Source of the DNA: Terriglobia bacterium
GTDB taxonomy: Bacteria; Acidobacteriota; Terriglobia; JAJPHL01; JAPKYU01
Assembly: GCA_965223005.1 (NCBI GenBank)
Contig: CBDCVK010000008.1
Span: 96,001-160,000, forward strand
Length of the DNA stretch: 64,000 nucleotides
Reading direction: 5' to 3'
The notes beneath the pieces were generated by a model. That model searched no databases. It was not told the DNA's origin and was given only the letters and a program-made list of their open reading frames with translations. Below are positions 40,362-50,254 of this stretch, one piece after another. Both the position numbers and the translations under genes were made by a program. Position 1 is the first letter of the stretch, and each line of letters begins with the position of its first letter.

Positions 40362-42152
40362 ATGACGAGGGTGAGTGGCGTATGGCTTTTGATAGCGGCA
40401 TTCATATTCGTATTGTCCCCAGTCGCAGGTTTGCCCGCCGAGAAGCCCAAGGCCAAGTCGACCCCAGAAATCATCTCGGTATACCCCTTAGGAGCAGCAA
40501 AGGGAGCTGTCTCGGAGATTGAGGTCCGGGGAAGCGATCTGGAGGGCGCTTATGCTGTCTGGTCTGGCAGTGAGGGGATTCAGGGGCGCATCAAGAAGAT
40601 CGAACCAATTACGTTGCTGAAGCTGGCGGCAGATGCACAAATCCTTGCGCAGAAAGAAGAGACACTGGGCCATCGGGTCTTGGTCGGCCTGGAAATCAGT
40701 TCCTCGGCCAAGCTGGGGCGCCACTCTCTGAGGCTGGTCTCGCCGCGAGGGCTGTCCAATGCTCACCCGTTCCTGGTGACAGCGGATCCGGTAGCGTTGG
40801 AGAGCCAGGCACCCCATAACGATCCGCCGAACCCGCAGCTGCTCAAGGCGCCGGCATTGCTGGGCGGCAAGATCTGGGAAAAAGGGGAAGCTGATTACTA
40901 TTCCTTTGACGCGCTCCCGGGAGAGGAAATCGAGTTTCACGCCGCCTCGAATACAACAAGCAACTCGGGCAAGTTTGATGCTCTACAGCTGACGCTTTAT
41001 GAACCGGGCGGCACTTGGTTCGACCCGAAGCGGCCGACGCGTCTGGCGTTCGCTGAGATTCCACGGCTGAAGTATACGTTCAGCAAGGGGGGCCGCTACC
41101 TGCTGCGTGTTGGGACCTATGCAGGAATTAGCGGTCCAGACATTGTCTATCTTCTACGCATCGCTCCGGCCCGTATCGCTCCGGTCCAGCCCTCAGCTGC
41201 CTTCAGCCAGACGGCAGACCTTCCTGAACTCCACGAGACGCTCATTGATCTGCTCAGAAAACCTTTCGTGCGAAGGCTAGAGCCGAACCACATCGAGAAG
41301 CTTCATGGAAGGAGCGTTCGGATGCCGCAGCCGGAGAAAGGCGCCGGGCAGAGCGCGTCCTCTGAAGCCAGCGGAGCACCGGAGCTCTTCGAGCCGGTTG
41401 TTTTGGAAGGAGCGATCGACCGTCCGGGGAAGGTCGACAGCTACAACCTGAAGCTCAAGGCCGGGCAGCGTTTGGCATTTGAGCTGGAGACGCCCGAGGC
41501 GACACTCCCGCAATTCAATCCCCGGCTGGAGCTGGTGGACGCCAGCGGGCAGGAGATCTGCAACAACTTCTGGAGAAGGGTCGGGGGCGACAACAATTAC
41601 TGGGTGAAGCTCCCACAGGCAAAAACCATATACACCCTCGAGCGGGACGGCGAATATGTGCTTCGCATTCGGGAACTGATCTCCCGCTTCGGCAATCAGT
41701 CCTTCAAGTATCGGATTCTGATTCGGCCGCAGGTCCCGCATGTAGGAAAGATCAAAGTCGAGGAAGACATCATCAACGTGGCGCCCGGGGAAGCCAGGAA
41801 GCTGTCGGTTACCGTGGAGCATCAGGAAGGATTTGCCGGCGACATTGCCCTGAGTCTTGAGAATCTACCCTCGGGGGTGCAGGCTTTGGCTGGCGCTGAG
41901 GAGCCACCTGCCAAAGCGGGGGAAATTGACTTGGGCAGGAAAGAGCAGTACGTTCCCAAGACCCAGAAGGTGGTGATCCTGGTGATGGGGACCCCCGATG
42001 CTGCGGCCACCCCGCTGCCGCAGGTGGCCCGGTTGGTTGCGCGGCCAGTTGTGGAGGGGCAAGTGGGTGCGCCGCTGTTGGTTCAGGAAATTCCGGTGAT
42101 GGTGACCAAGCCGGAGGCGGAGGCGACCGAGCTGGCCCGAAAAGGACCCTAG
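40362..42152 (+). CDS. Secreted PPC (pre-peptidase C-terminal-like) / Ig-like domain protein
   Basis: Signal peptide; ISVYPLG...G...EVRGSDL, GLSN; two G.I...GE.D.Y.F PPC-type repeats; directly upstream of a PSD1 gene. Confidence 0.7.
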   Translation: MTRVSGVWLLIAAFIFVLSPVAGLPAEKPKAKSTPEIISVYPLGAAKGAVSEIEVRGSDLEGAYAVWSGSEGIQGRIKKIEPITLLKLAADAQILAQKEETLGHRVLVGLEISSSAKLGRHSLRLVSPRGLSNAHPFLVTADPVALESQAPHNDPPNPQLLKAPALLGGKIWEKGEADYYSFDALPGEEIEFHAASNTTSNSGKFDALQLTLYEPGGTWFDPKRPTRLAFAEIPRLKYTFSKGGRYLLRVGTYAGISGPDIVYLLRIAPARIAPVQPSAAFSQTADLPELHETLIDLLRKPFVRRLEPNHIEKLHGRSVRMPQPEKGAGQSASSEASGAPELFEPVVLEGAIDRPGKVDSYNLKLKAGQRLAFELETPEATLPQFNPRLELVDASGQEICNNFWRRVGGDNNYWVKLPQAKTIYTLERDGEYVLRIRELISRFGNQSFKYRILIRPQVPHVGKIKVEEDIINVAPGEARKLSVTVEHQEGFAGDIALSLENLPSGVQALAGAEEPPAKAGEIDLGRKEQYVPKTQKVVILVMGTPDAAATPLPQVARLVARPVVEGQVGAPLLVQEIPVMVTKPEAEATELARKGP

Positions 42153-42172
42153 TCCGGCAAACTGAGGAAGCG

Positions 42173-44761
42173 ATGGTCAACAAAGTGTTGAGTGAAAAGA
42201 AAATGCCATGCATGGCTCTATTGGTTGCTGTCGTGCTAGGTCTGTCGAGCTCTGCACAGGCCGGGCCGGCCTCTCCCAAGCTGCAGTCCTTACGATTGGT
42301 CCCACAAGAGCGAACGCTGTGGGGCGCGAAGGCATCCCAGCATTTCCTGGTCATTGGGAAATACAGCGATGGTCTGGAGCGAGACGTTACCGCCGAGAGC
42401 CAGTTCTCGCTCTCGCATGACAAGGTGGCGCAGGTGGATGGCGAGGGGCGGGTGGTGGCGCTGGCCGACGGAAGCGCGGTCTTGACAGCATCGTTGGGCG
42501 GGCGGTCGGCCAAGACCGAGGTGCAGGTAGCGGGCTCGCAGGAAACCCGCCCGTTCAGTTTCGGCCGGGATATTGGAGGCATCTTCACCAAGCGCGGCTG
42601 CACTGACAGCTCCTGTCATGGGGGCGTGAAGGGGCAGGGCGGATTCAAACTCTCTCTGAACGCGGTGTATCCGCGCGATGACTACAAGTGGATTGTCGAG
42701 GGCGGAACCTACCAGGTTCTGACGACGGAGACGGGTGAAAAGATTCCGCGGATCAACCTGAGGGAGCCCGAGAAGAGCCTGCTGTTGACGAAACCGACGA
42801 TGGCGGTTCCGCACGGAGGCGGGCAGCCGTTGCGTCCGAGCTCGGCCGACTACGAAACGATCCTGAACTGGGTGCGGAGTGGCGCGCCGTTCGGCGAGGA
42901 AGGCGACAAGGAGAGCGTGCGCGTGGTGCGGGTCGAGATAGAGCCCGGCGAAGTGGTGCTGGCGCCGGAGGGCAAGCACCGGCTGCTGGTAACCGCTCAC
43001 CTCTCGAATGGCCAACAGGAGGACATCAGCGACCAGGTTTTGTACGCCTCGAACAACTCCGAGGTAGTGAAGGTGGATGAGCAGGGCCAGGTGGCTGCCG
43101 TGCGGACCGGGGAAACTTCGGTGATTGTTCGCGCGTCGGGGTTTGCGGTGAGCGCCCGGGTCGGCGTGGTGGCCAAGCCCATCGCCCGGTATCCGAAAGT
43201 GGCGCGCTCGAACTTCATCGACGACCATGTGTTCGCCAAGCTGAAGAAGTTCAATATCATCCCTTCCAAGCTTTCCAGTGACACCGAATTCCTGCGTCGC
43301 GTTTGCCTGGACCTGACCGGGACCTTGCCGCCGCCTGCGCGGGTGCGCGAGTTTGCGGCCAGCAAGGATCGGCGGAAGCGGGAGAAGGTGGTGGAAGTTC
43401 TGTTGAACACGCCGGAATTCATCGACTACTGGACGTTCCGTTTCGCCGATCTGTACCGGGTCGCGTTTTACGCAAATGGAAATAACGCCAGGTGGGCGGA
43501 GACGTACAGGGAGTGGCTGCGAAACAACGTGGTCACAAACAAGCCCTATGATCAGGTGGCACGGGAGAGGCTGACCGCCATAGGCTACAGCCCCGCCTCC
43601 CGCCACTTCCTGAATAACGCGGACGTCGGACATCCCGAAACCCAAATGGCCGAAGAGTTCCGAGTCCTTATGGGGAGGCGGTTCGATTGCGCCCAGTGCC
43701 ACAATCACCCCTTTGAGGCCTGGAGCCAGGACCAGTTCTGGGGGCTAACTGCTTTCTTCGGGCGTAAGGACCTGGTAGGAGGCAGAGGAGAAGAGTACGG
43801 CACTGTCATTTATGAGAGCCCCGAAGGCCAGGATGTGGCGATTGGCAGGGAGAAGAAGGTTCTACATCCCAAGACCAAGCAGGAGGTCATGCCAACCTTC
43901 CTCGATGGCACAGTTTTGCCCGAAGAGGACCAGGTGGACCCGCGACTGAAGCTGGCGGAATGGATGGTTTCCCACCCCTACTTCGCCGAGGCTACCGTGA
44001 ACCGGTTCTGGGGTTATTTCTTCGGAAGAGGAATTGTGGATCCGGTGGATGATTTCCGCTCGACCAACCCGGCGACGCATCCGGAGCTGCTTCAGGCGCT
44101 GGCCAAGGACTTCCGAGATCATGGCTATGACCTGAGACATCTGATGCGCACGGTCGTCAACTCCCGGACCTACCAGCTTTCCAGCCAGCCGAACGAGACC
44201 AACAAGGACGACCACATCAACTATTCCCACACTCTACCGCGGCTGCTGGATGCGGAAGTGCTGATCGACGTGATCTCCTACGTGACAGGCGTGCCGGAGG
44301 TGTTCGAGCAGAGTCACGACAAGCCGGGCACTCTGGAGATCGGGACACGGGCGATCAATGTGAAGGTACCCGATATATTTGTATCCCGAGTTTTGAGCAT
44401 CTATGGCCAGCCCATGGTTCGGACTATAGTGCCGGAGCGGACAGGCGAGACAAGTTTGGGACAGGCGCTGCACATGCTGGCCGGCTATACTTTCAACGAC
44501 AAGATCGCGAAGCCGGGAGCCCGGCTGGAGCAGATGCTGCAGGAGAAGTTCTTGGCAGAAGTCGAGGGCAAGCTTGAAAGCGAGGCTTCCAACGCGAAGC
44601 TCATCGAGGAGCTTTACCTTTTGGCACTTTCGCGGTTTCCAACGCAGCAGGAGCGCTCAACGCTGGAAAAGATGGTTTCCGAGCACCCCTCGCGCAGAGA
44701 GGCATTTCAAAATCTGCTCTGGGGACTGCTGACGTCGCGAGAGTTCTCAGAGAATCACTGA
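42173..44761 (+). CDS. DUF1549/DUF1553 (PSD1) protein with Big_2 Ig-like domains
   Basis: GCTDSSCHGG, FLRRVCLDLTGTLP, CAQCHNHPFE, NRFWGYFFGRGIVDPVDD and SRTYQLSS; two Ig-like V...G.V.A repeats. Confidence 0.9.
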   Translation: MVNKVLSEKKMPCMALLVAVVLGLSSSAQAGPASPKLQSLRLVPQERTLWGAKASQHFLVIGKYSDGLERDVTAESQFSLSHDKVAQVDGEGRVVALADGSAVLTASLGGRSAKTEVQVAGSQETRPFSFGRDIGGIFTKRGCTDSSCHGGVKGQGGFKLSLNAVYPRDDYKWIVEGGTYQVLTTETGEKIPRINLREPEKSLLLTKPTMAVPHGGGQPLRPSSADYETILNWVRSGAPFGEEGDKESVRVVRVEIEPGEVVLAPEGKHRLLVTAHLSNGQQEDISDQVLYASNNSEVVKVDEQGQVAAVRTGETSVIVRASGFAVSARVGVVAKPIARYPKVARSNFIDDHVFAKLKKFNIIPSKLSSDTEFLRRVCLDLTGTLPPPARVREFAASKDRRKREKVVEVLLNTPEFIDYWTFRFADLYRVAFYANGNNARWAETYREWLRNNVVTNKPYDQVARERLTAIGYSPASRHFLNNADVGHPETQMAEEFRVLMGRRFDCAQCHNHPFEAWSQDQFWGLTAFFGRKDLVGGRGEEYGTVIYESPEGQDVAIGREKKVLHPKTKQEVMPTFLDGTVLPEEDQVDPRLKLAEWMVSHPYFAEATVNRFWGYFFGRGIVDPVDDFRSTNPATHPELLQALAKDFRDHGYDLRHLMRTVVNSRTYQLSSQPNETNKDDHINYSHTLPRLLDAEVLIDVISYVTGVPEVFEQSHDKPGTLEIGTRAINVKVPDIFVSRVLSIYGQPMVRTIVPERTGETSLGQALHMLAGYTFNDKIAKPGARLEQMLQEKFLAEVEGKLESEASNAKLIEELYLLALSRFPTQQERSTLEKMVSEHPSRREAFQNLLWGLLTSREFSENH

Positions 44762-44779
44762 AGCGAAGGGAAAAGAACA

Positions 44780-46129
44780 ATGAGAACGGACAAGACTGGA
44801 TGCGCACACTCTGCAGGACCTGATTTGGGACGGCGGTACTTCCTCCGCGCCGGCTCACTGGGTCTGTTGGGTATCAGTCTGCGACAATTCTTCGAGCTGG
44901 AGAGCCAGCTAGCAGCTGCCGAAGTCAGCGAGGCTCGCAGAAAAGCGAAGGCAAAGGCCTGTATCCTGCTTTGGCTGGAAGGAGGGCCCAGTCAGTTTGA
45001 TACCTGGGACCCGAAGCCGGAAAGCGCTTTCAAGCCAATTCCTACCAACGTCGCGGGTATCCAGATCTCCGAGTTGCTACCTCGAGTGGCCAAGCACATG
45101 GACAAGCTGGGAATCATCCGTTCCATGCACACAGAGGAAACCAACCATTCGCAGGCAATTCACTACGCGGTAACCGGTCACCGGCCCAGTTCGGCTATGC
45201 GCTTTCCCAGCCTGGGGTCTATCGTTGCCAGGGAAATGGGAACCCGAAACAACGTTCCTCCATACGTCTTTGAACCCGAGCTGGGGAGAGAGCCGCAGAT
45301 CATGGGGTACATGAAGGCCAGCTTCGCAGGGGCCGAGTATGACCCGATGGTCCTGGGTGACCCCAGCGCGAAAGACTTCGAGGTGCCGGACCTGAGCCTG
45401 CCGAAGTCGATCTCGACGGAACGGATCGCGGACCGGCGGTCTTTCCTCAAGGTGGTGGACGATCTTTACCGGCGGAGGGTGGAGAGCGCCGAACACGCGA
45501 GCCTGGACAGCTTCACGGAGCAAGCCTTGAAAATGTTGCTGACTCCGTCAGTGAAAGAAGCGTTTGATCTCTCGAAAGAGTCGGATAAGACCAAAGAGGC
45601 TTATGGCAGCCACCGCTTCGGTCAGAGCGTGCTGCTCGCCCGGCGGTTGGTGGAAGCCGGCAGCCGCTTTGTGACGGCAGCCGGCTACAAACACATCGCA
45701 TGGGACACCCACGGGGATAACGACAGGAGGCTCCGTGAGGACCTCACGCCTCCCTTCGATCAGGCCATTTCCGCGCTGTTGGAAGATCTCGAACAGCGGG
45801 GGTTGCTGGAGTCTACCATTGTCATCGCCATGGGTGAGTTTGGGCGGACTCTGAAAAATCCGAATCATGGCCGCGACCACTGGCCAAAATGCTGGTCGCT
45901 GGCCATTGGCGGCGGGGGTATCCGCGGTGGTCAGGTGGTAGGTGCCAGCGACGCCAAAGGACTCTATGTTGCTGACCGACAGGTCACCATGGGGGATCTT
46001 TACGCTACAATTTACAAGGCGTTTGGGATCGATTGGGAAAAGACGTACATGAGCCCGATCGGGCGGCCGGTCAAGATCGCCAACTCCATTGACGATGCAA
46101 CCGGCATACCCGTCCACGAACTGGTCTAG
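44780..46129 (+). CDS. DUF1501 protein (Tat-exported)
   Basis: GRRYFLRAG; LEGGPSQFDTWDPKP, ARRLVEAG, WDTH, GEFGRT and GRDHW. Confidence 0.92.
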   Translation: MRTDKTGCAHSAGPDLGRRYFLRAGSLGLLGISLRQFFELESQLAAAEVSEARRKAKAKACILLWLEGGPSQFDTWDPKPESAFKPIPTNVAGIQISELLPRVAKHMDKLGIIRSMHTEETNHSQAIHYAVTGHRPSSAMRFPSLGSIVAREMGTRNNVPPYVFEPELGREPQIMGYMKASFAGAEYDPMVLGDPSAKDFEVPDLSLPKSISTERIADRRSFLKVVDDLYRRRVESAEHASLDSFTEQALKMLLTPSVKEAFDLSKESDKTKEAYGSHRFGQSVLLARRLVEAGSRFVTAAGYKHIAWDTHGDNDRRLREDLTPPFDQAISALLEDLEQRGLLESTIVIAMGEFGRTLKNPNHGRDHWPKCWSLAIGGGGIRGGQVVGASDAKGLYVADRQVTMGDLYATIYKAFGIDWEKTYMSPIGRPVKIANSIDDATGIPVHELV

Positions 46130-46257
46130 CTCCCGGCGGCCTTTTCCCCGAGAAGGATGTGGGGAAGTTGGTGGCTTAAGAGTGCAATCTAACGTCAACA
46201 GAACATTGGCAGCGGGCATGGCGTGAAACGAACAAACCGCTGACAGGAGGAGACACT

Positions 46258-47451
46258 ATGGCATCAAACCGCGGCGTAGCATATATGGGGCCGAGGAAGG
46301 TGGAAGTACAATCCATCGATTATCCGAAGCTCGAGCTTGGCTCGAGGAAATGCGAGCACGGAGTGATTCTCAAGATCGTTGCCACCAACATCTGCGGCAG
46401 CGATCAACACATGGTGCGGGGCCGTACGACTGCGCCGGCCGGGTTGATTCTTGGGCATGAGATCACCGGCGAGGTCATCGAGGCGGGCCGCGATGTGGAA
46501 TTCATCAAAGTTGGCGACCTCGTGTCTGTTCCCTTCAATATTGCCTGCGGCCGCTGCCGGAACTGCAAGGAGGGGAAGACGGGGATCTGCCTGAACGTGA
46601 ACCCCGCCCGGCCGGGCGCTGCTTACGGGTACGTGGACATGGGCGGTTGGGTCGGCGGGCAGGCCGAGTATGTGCTGGTTCCTTATGCTGATTTCAACCT
46701 GCTGAAGTTTCCCAATAAAGATCAAGCGATGGCCAAGATCGCGGACCTGGCGCTGTTGTCCGATATTTTCCCTACCGGCTACCACGGGGCGGTGACCGCT
46801 GGCGTGACGACGGGAACCATTGTGTACGTGGCCGGCGCAGGTCCGGTTGGCCTGGCCTGTGCCGCTTCCTGTCACCTGTTGGGCGCTGCCTGCGTCATTG
46901 TTGGCGACATGATCCCGGAACGCCTGGCGCAGGCTCGCAGCTTCGGCTGCGAAACCGTGGACCTGAAGAAGGACGCCTCGCTTGCCGACCAGATTGACCA
47001 GATTGTCGGAGTTCCCGAAGTCGACAGTGCCGTCGATTGCGTGGGTTTCGAAGCCCGCGGGCATGGCAAGGAAAGTGGTGTCGAGCAACCTGCCACCGTT
47101 TTGAATTCGCTGATGGAAGTCACTCGGGCTGGCGGGGCACTTGGCATCCCTGGTTTGTATGTCACCGGTGACCCAGGCGGCGTGGACGAAGCCGCCAAAA
47201 TTGGCCGGCTCGGCATTCGCATCGGGCTGGGGTGGGCCAAATCCCATTTCTTTACGACTGGCCAGTGCCCGGTGATGCGGTACCACCGCGGGCTGATGCA
47301 GGCGATTCTCTACGACAAGATTCAGATCGCCAAGGCGGTGAACGTCACCGTGATCTCGCTCGACGAATCCCCGAAGGGGTACGAGGACTTCGACAAGGGT
47401 GCGGCCAAGAAGTTCATCCTCGATCCCCACAAGATTGTTCGAGCCGCCTGA
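46258..47451 (+). CDS. fdhA: Glutathione-independent formaldehyde dehydrogenase
   Basis: TNICGSDQHMVRGRT, GHEITGE, CGRCRNC..C, GYVDMGGWVGGQAEY and LSDIFPTGYHG; GGGAG RBS. Confidence 0.95.
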   Translation: MASNRGVAYMGPRKVEVQSIDYPKLELGSRKCEHGVILKIVATNICGSDQHMVRGRTTAPAGLILGHEITGEVIEAGRDVEFIKVGDLVSVPFNIACGRCRNCKEGKTGICLNVNPARPGAAYGYVDMGGWVGGQAEYVLVPYADFNLLKFPNKDQAMAKIADLALLSDIFPTGYHGAVTAGVTTGTIVYVAGAGPVGLACAASCHLLGAACVIVGDMIPERLAQARSFGCETVDLKKDASLADQIDQIVGVPEVDSAVDCVGFEARGHGKESGVEQPATVLNSLMEVTRAGGALGIPGLYVTGDPGGVDEAAKIGRLGIRIGLGWAKSHFFTTGQCPVMRYHRGLMQAILYDKIQIAKAVNVTVISLDESPKGYEDFDKGAAKKFILDPHKIVRAA

Positions 47452-47560
47452 GAAACGGTCTTGGTGGGACTGCAGATCCGGAGGCTGACAAAACGCGCTG
47501 GGTTATCGGAAAGGTCGGCTGACTCCGGCCGCCTCCCCCTTCCAGGGGAGGGGTGAAGCC

Positions 47561-49009
47561 ATGAACTTTGAAGATTTCAAGCAGCTTCAGACCCGGCGCA
47601 GTTTCTTCCGGGACTGTGCAGGTGGGGTGGGCACGATCGCTCTCTGGCACTTGCTGGCCCGCGAAGGGAGGGCAGGAAGCGCTGAGGAAGCGTCACCGAA
47701 TGTCAATCCTCTGGCCCTGAGGGCGCCCCATTTTCCGGCAAGGGCCAAGAACGTCATCTTCCTGTTCATGGACGGCGGGCCGAGTCAAGTCGATCTGTTT
47801 GACCCCAAGCCAGAGATGAAGAAATGGGAAGGGCAATCTCTCCCACCTTCTATGACCAAGGATTTGAAATTGGCCTTTATCAAACCGACGGCCAAGGTTT
47901 GGGCGAGCCCGCGCTCATTCCGGCGCTACGGGCAAAGCGGCATTGAGTTTTCTGATTGGCTGCCGCACATTGCGAGCCGTGCCGACGACATCTGTATGAT
48001 CCGGTCGCTGTACACGGAGCAGTTCAACCACCACCCGGCCCAGATAATGCTGCAGTGCGGGTCACCATTAGTGGGGCGCCCCACGCTGGGCGCGTGGGCC
48101 CTCTACGGGCTGGGGAGCGAGTCGGAGAGCCTGCCGGGTTTTGTCGTGCTCCGCTCTGGAGGCACCTCTCCGGGGGCAGGCAGCGGGAACTGGTCCAGCG
48201 GATTTCTCCCGTCCACGAATCAAGGTGTCCCTTTCCGGAGCAGTGGTGACCCGGTCCTGTACCTGTCCAATCCACGGGGCATCGATCAGGAGCTGCAACG
48301 ATCCACCCTCGACGGGCTCCGCGACCTGAACGAGATGAACCGCCTGGAAACCGGGGACATGGAAATCGCCTCGCGCATCGCCTCCTACGAGCTGGCGTTT
48401 CGGATGCAGATGGCCGGTCCGGAGCTGGTGGATCTGTCGAAGGAATCACCTGATACCTTGGAGATGTACGGCGTGAACAAAGAATCAACCAAGGCCTTCG
48501 GCACCAACTGTCTGCTGGCCCGAAGGATGGTCGAGCGCGGCGTGCGCTTTGTGCAGTTGATGCACGGAAATTGGGACCACCATACCGGCCTCCTTAAAAA
48601 ACTCGAGAAGAACTGCGAGACCGTCGACCAGCCTGCCGCCGCGTTGCTGAAGGACCTGAAGCAGCGCGGCCTGCTCGACTCCACGCTGGTCATTTGGGGA
48701 GGGGAGTTTGGGCGCACTCCTATGGTGCAGCGCAACGACCCGGACAAGGGTGGCGAGGGGAGAGACCACCACCCGTTTGCCTTCTGCATCTGGATGGCCG
48801 GGGGAGGCATCAAGAACGGGCAGGTCGTCGGGCAAACGGACGACTTGGGCTTGCGGATTGTAGAGGACAAGATTCACATCCACGACCTGCATGCCACTAT
48901 CCTGCACTGTCTGGGTCTGGATCACGAGCGATTGACGTTCCGGCACATGGGGCGGGATTTTCGGCTCACCGATGTCGCCGGCGAAGTGGTCCACAAGCTG
49001 TTGGCATAG
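47561..49009 (+). CDS. DUF1501 protein (Tat-exported)
   Basis: QTRRSFF; [38 protein letters not shown] and GRDHHP. Confidence 0.92.
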   Translation: MNFEDFKQLQTRRSFFRDCAGGVGTIALWHLLAREGRAGSAEEASPNVNPLALRAPHFPARAKNVIFLFMDGGPSQVDLFDPKPEMKKWEGQSLPPSMTKDLKLAFIKPTAKVWASPRSFRRYGQSGIEFSDWLPHIASRADDICMIRSLYTEQFNHHPAQIMLQCGSPLVGRPTLGAWALYGLGSESESLPGFVVLRSGGTSPGAGSGNWSSGFLPSTNQGVPFRSSGDPVLYLSNPRGIDQELQRSTLDGLRDLNEMNRLETGDMEIASRIASYELAFRMQMAGPELVDLSKESPDTLEMYGVNKESTKAFGTNCLLARRMVERGVRFVQLMHGNWDHHTGLLKKLEKNCETVDQPAAALLKDLKQRGLLDSTLVIWGGEFGRTPMVQRNDPDKGGEGRDHHPFAFCIWMAGGGIKNGQVVGQTDDLGLRIVEDKIHIHDLHATILHCLGLDHERLTFRHMGRDFRLTDVAGEVVHKLLA

Positions 49010-49042
49010 CAGACCGCACCTCTGCTTCCGCAGTTCATTCCC

Positions 49043-50254
49043 ATGTTCAAGCTGGTCTTTTGCATCTTCCCGATGCAGCGTATCGCCACGGTACTTTTTC
49101 TGCTCCCGCTCATTTCTCCAGTTGCGCCGCTCAGCGCGAAAACCGCAGTGAGCGTCGCGAAACTGAGGGATGCCACCGCCCGCCAGGAGGAACGTTTCCG
49201 AACGGCGTTCCAGGTCATGGAGAAAGCCGTCGCTACCGGGGCGTTTCCCGGCGCTGTACTTGCAGTAGGCTACCAAGGCGAGCTGGTGGCGTTGAAAGCT
49301 TTCGGAAAATTCGACTACTCGCGGGAATCCCCTGCGGTTGCCACCGATACCATCTATGACCTGGCCTCGATTTCCAAAGTGGTAGGGACCACGACCGCCG
49401 CCGCCCTGCTCTACCAGCAAGGCAAGCTCCGGTTGGAGGCTCCGCTGGTGCGCTACTTGCCGGGGTTCGGTGGCGTTGCGGGCCATGACCGGATCACGGT
49501 GCGGCAATTGCTGACTCACACATCCGGGCTGCCCGCCTACGAGAGGCTGTTTCGCAAAGCCCGTGACAAGCAAGCCCTGTTGAAACGGATTTACGCCATG
49601 CCACTGGCCACCCTGCCCGGCGAGAAGTTTGTCTACAGCGATTTCGGCATGATTCTGCTGGGGGAAATCATCGAACGGGTCGCCGGCCAGCCCCTGGACC
49701 AATTCGTGCGGAGGCGAGTGTTTGAACCGTTAGGTATGAAGGACACCCTTTACCAACCCCCCAAGTGCCTGCGGGTGCGCATTGCCCCAACCGAACAGGA
49801 CGATGGGTTCCGGAAGCGGCCGATCCGGGGTGAAGTGCACGACGAGCATGCCTGGGTGATGGGTGGAGTGGCCGGCCACGCCGGGTTGTTCTCCACAGCG
49901 CGCGACCTGGCGGTCTTCGCCCAGATGATGCTGAACGGCGGCGCCTACGACGGTCGCCATATCCTGCAGCGCCGCACGGTCGAGAAGTTCACCGCCCGCC
50001 CGGCCGCCCGCGCCGGCAGCACGCGGGCGCTGGGTTGGGACACGCCTTCGCTCAAAGGTTCCTCGGCCGGCGCGCACTTCTCCCCGCGCTCGTTCGGCCA
50101 TACGGGCTTCACTGGCACGTCGATCTGGGTGGACCCGGAAAGGCAGCTGTTCGTGATATTGCTGAGCAACCGTGTCCACCCTACGCGCGAGAACATACAG
50201 ATCCGCAAGGTGCGTCCGGCGGTACACAACGCTGTGGTAGAGGCACTGCGGTGA
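49043..50254 (+). CDS. Beta-lactamase-family serine hydrolase (AmiE-like)
   Basis: LASISK (SxxK), LLTHTSGL, YSD, GEVHD.HA...GGVAGHAGLFS and HTGFTG; signal peptide. Confidence 0.88.
   Translation: MFKLVFCIFPMQRIATVLFLLPLISPVAPLSAKTAVSVAKLRDATARQEERFRTAFQVMEKAVATGAFPGAVLAVGYQGELVALKAFGKFDYSRESPAVATDTIYDLASISKVVGTTTAAALLYQQGKLRLEAPLVRYLPGFGGVAGHDRITVRQLLTHTSGLPAYERLFRKARDKQALLKRIYAMPLATLPGEKFVYSDFGMILLGEIIERVAGQPLDQFVRRRVFEPLGMKDTLYQPPKCLRVRIAPTEQDDGFRKRPIRGEVHDEHAWVMGGVAGHAGLFSTARDLAVFAQMMLNGGAYDGRHILQRRTVEKFTARPAARAGSTRALGWDTPSLKGSSAGAHFSPRSFGHTGFTGTSIWVDPERQLFVILLSNRVHPTRENIQIRKVRPAVHNAVVEALR

Noticed and set aside
46264-47430. 388-aa ORF antisense to fdhA (similarly 35322-36530, 42290-43708, 48485-49702 and 54442-55764)
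   Set aside because: Codon-mirror shadows of well-supported genes on the other strand.
49043-50254. Beta-lactam resistance gene
   Set aside because: The fold is beta-lactamase-like, but the GEVHD/GHAGLFS subfamily motifs and the murQ/nagA context point to a cell-wall recycling hydrolase.
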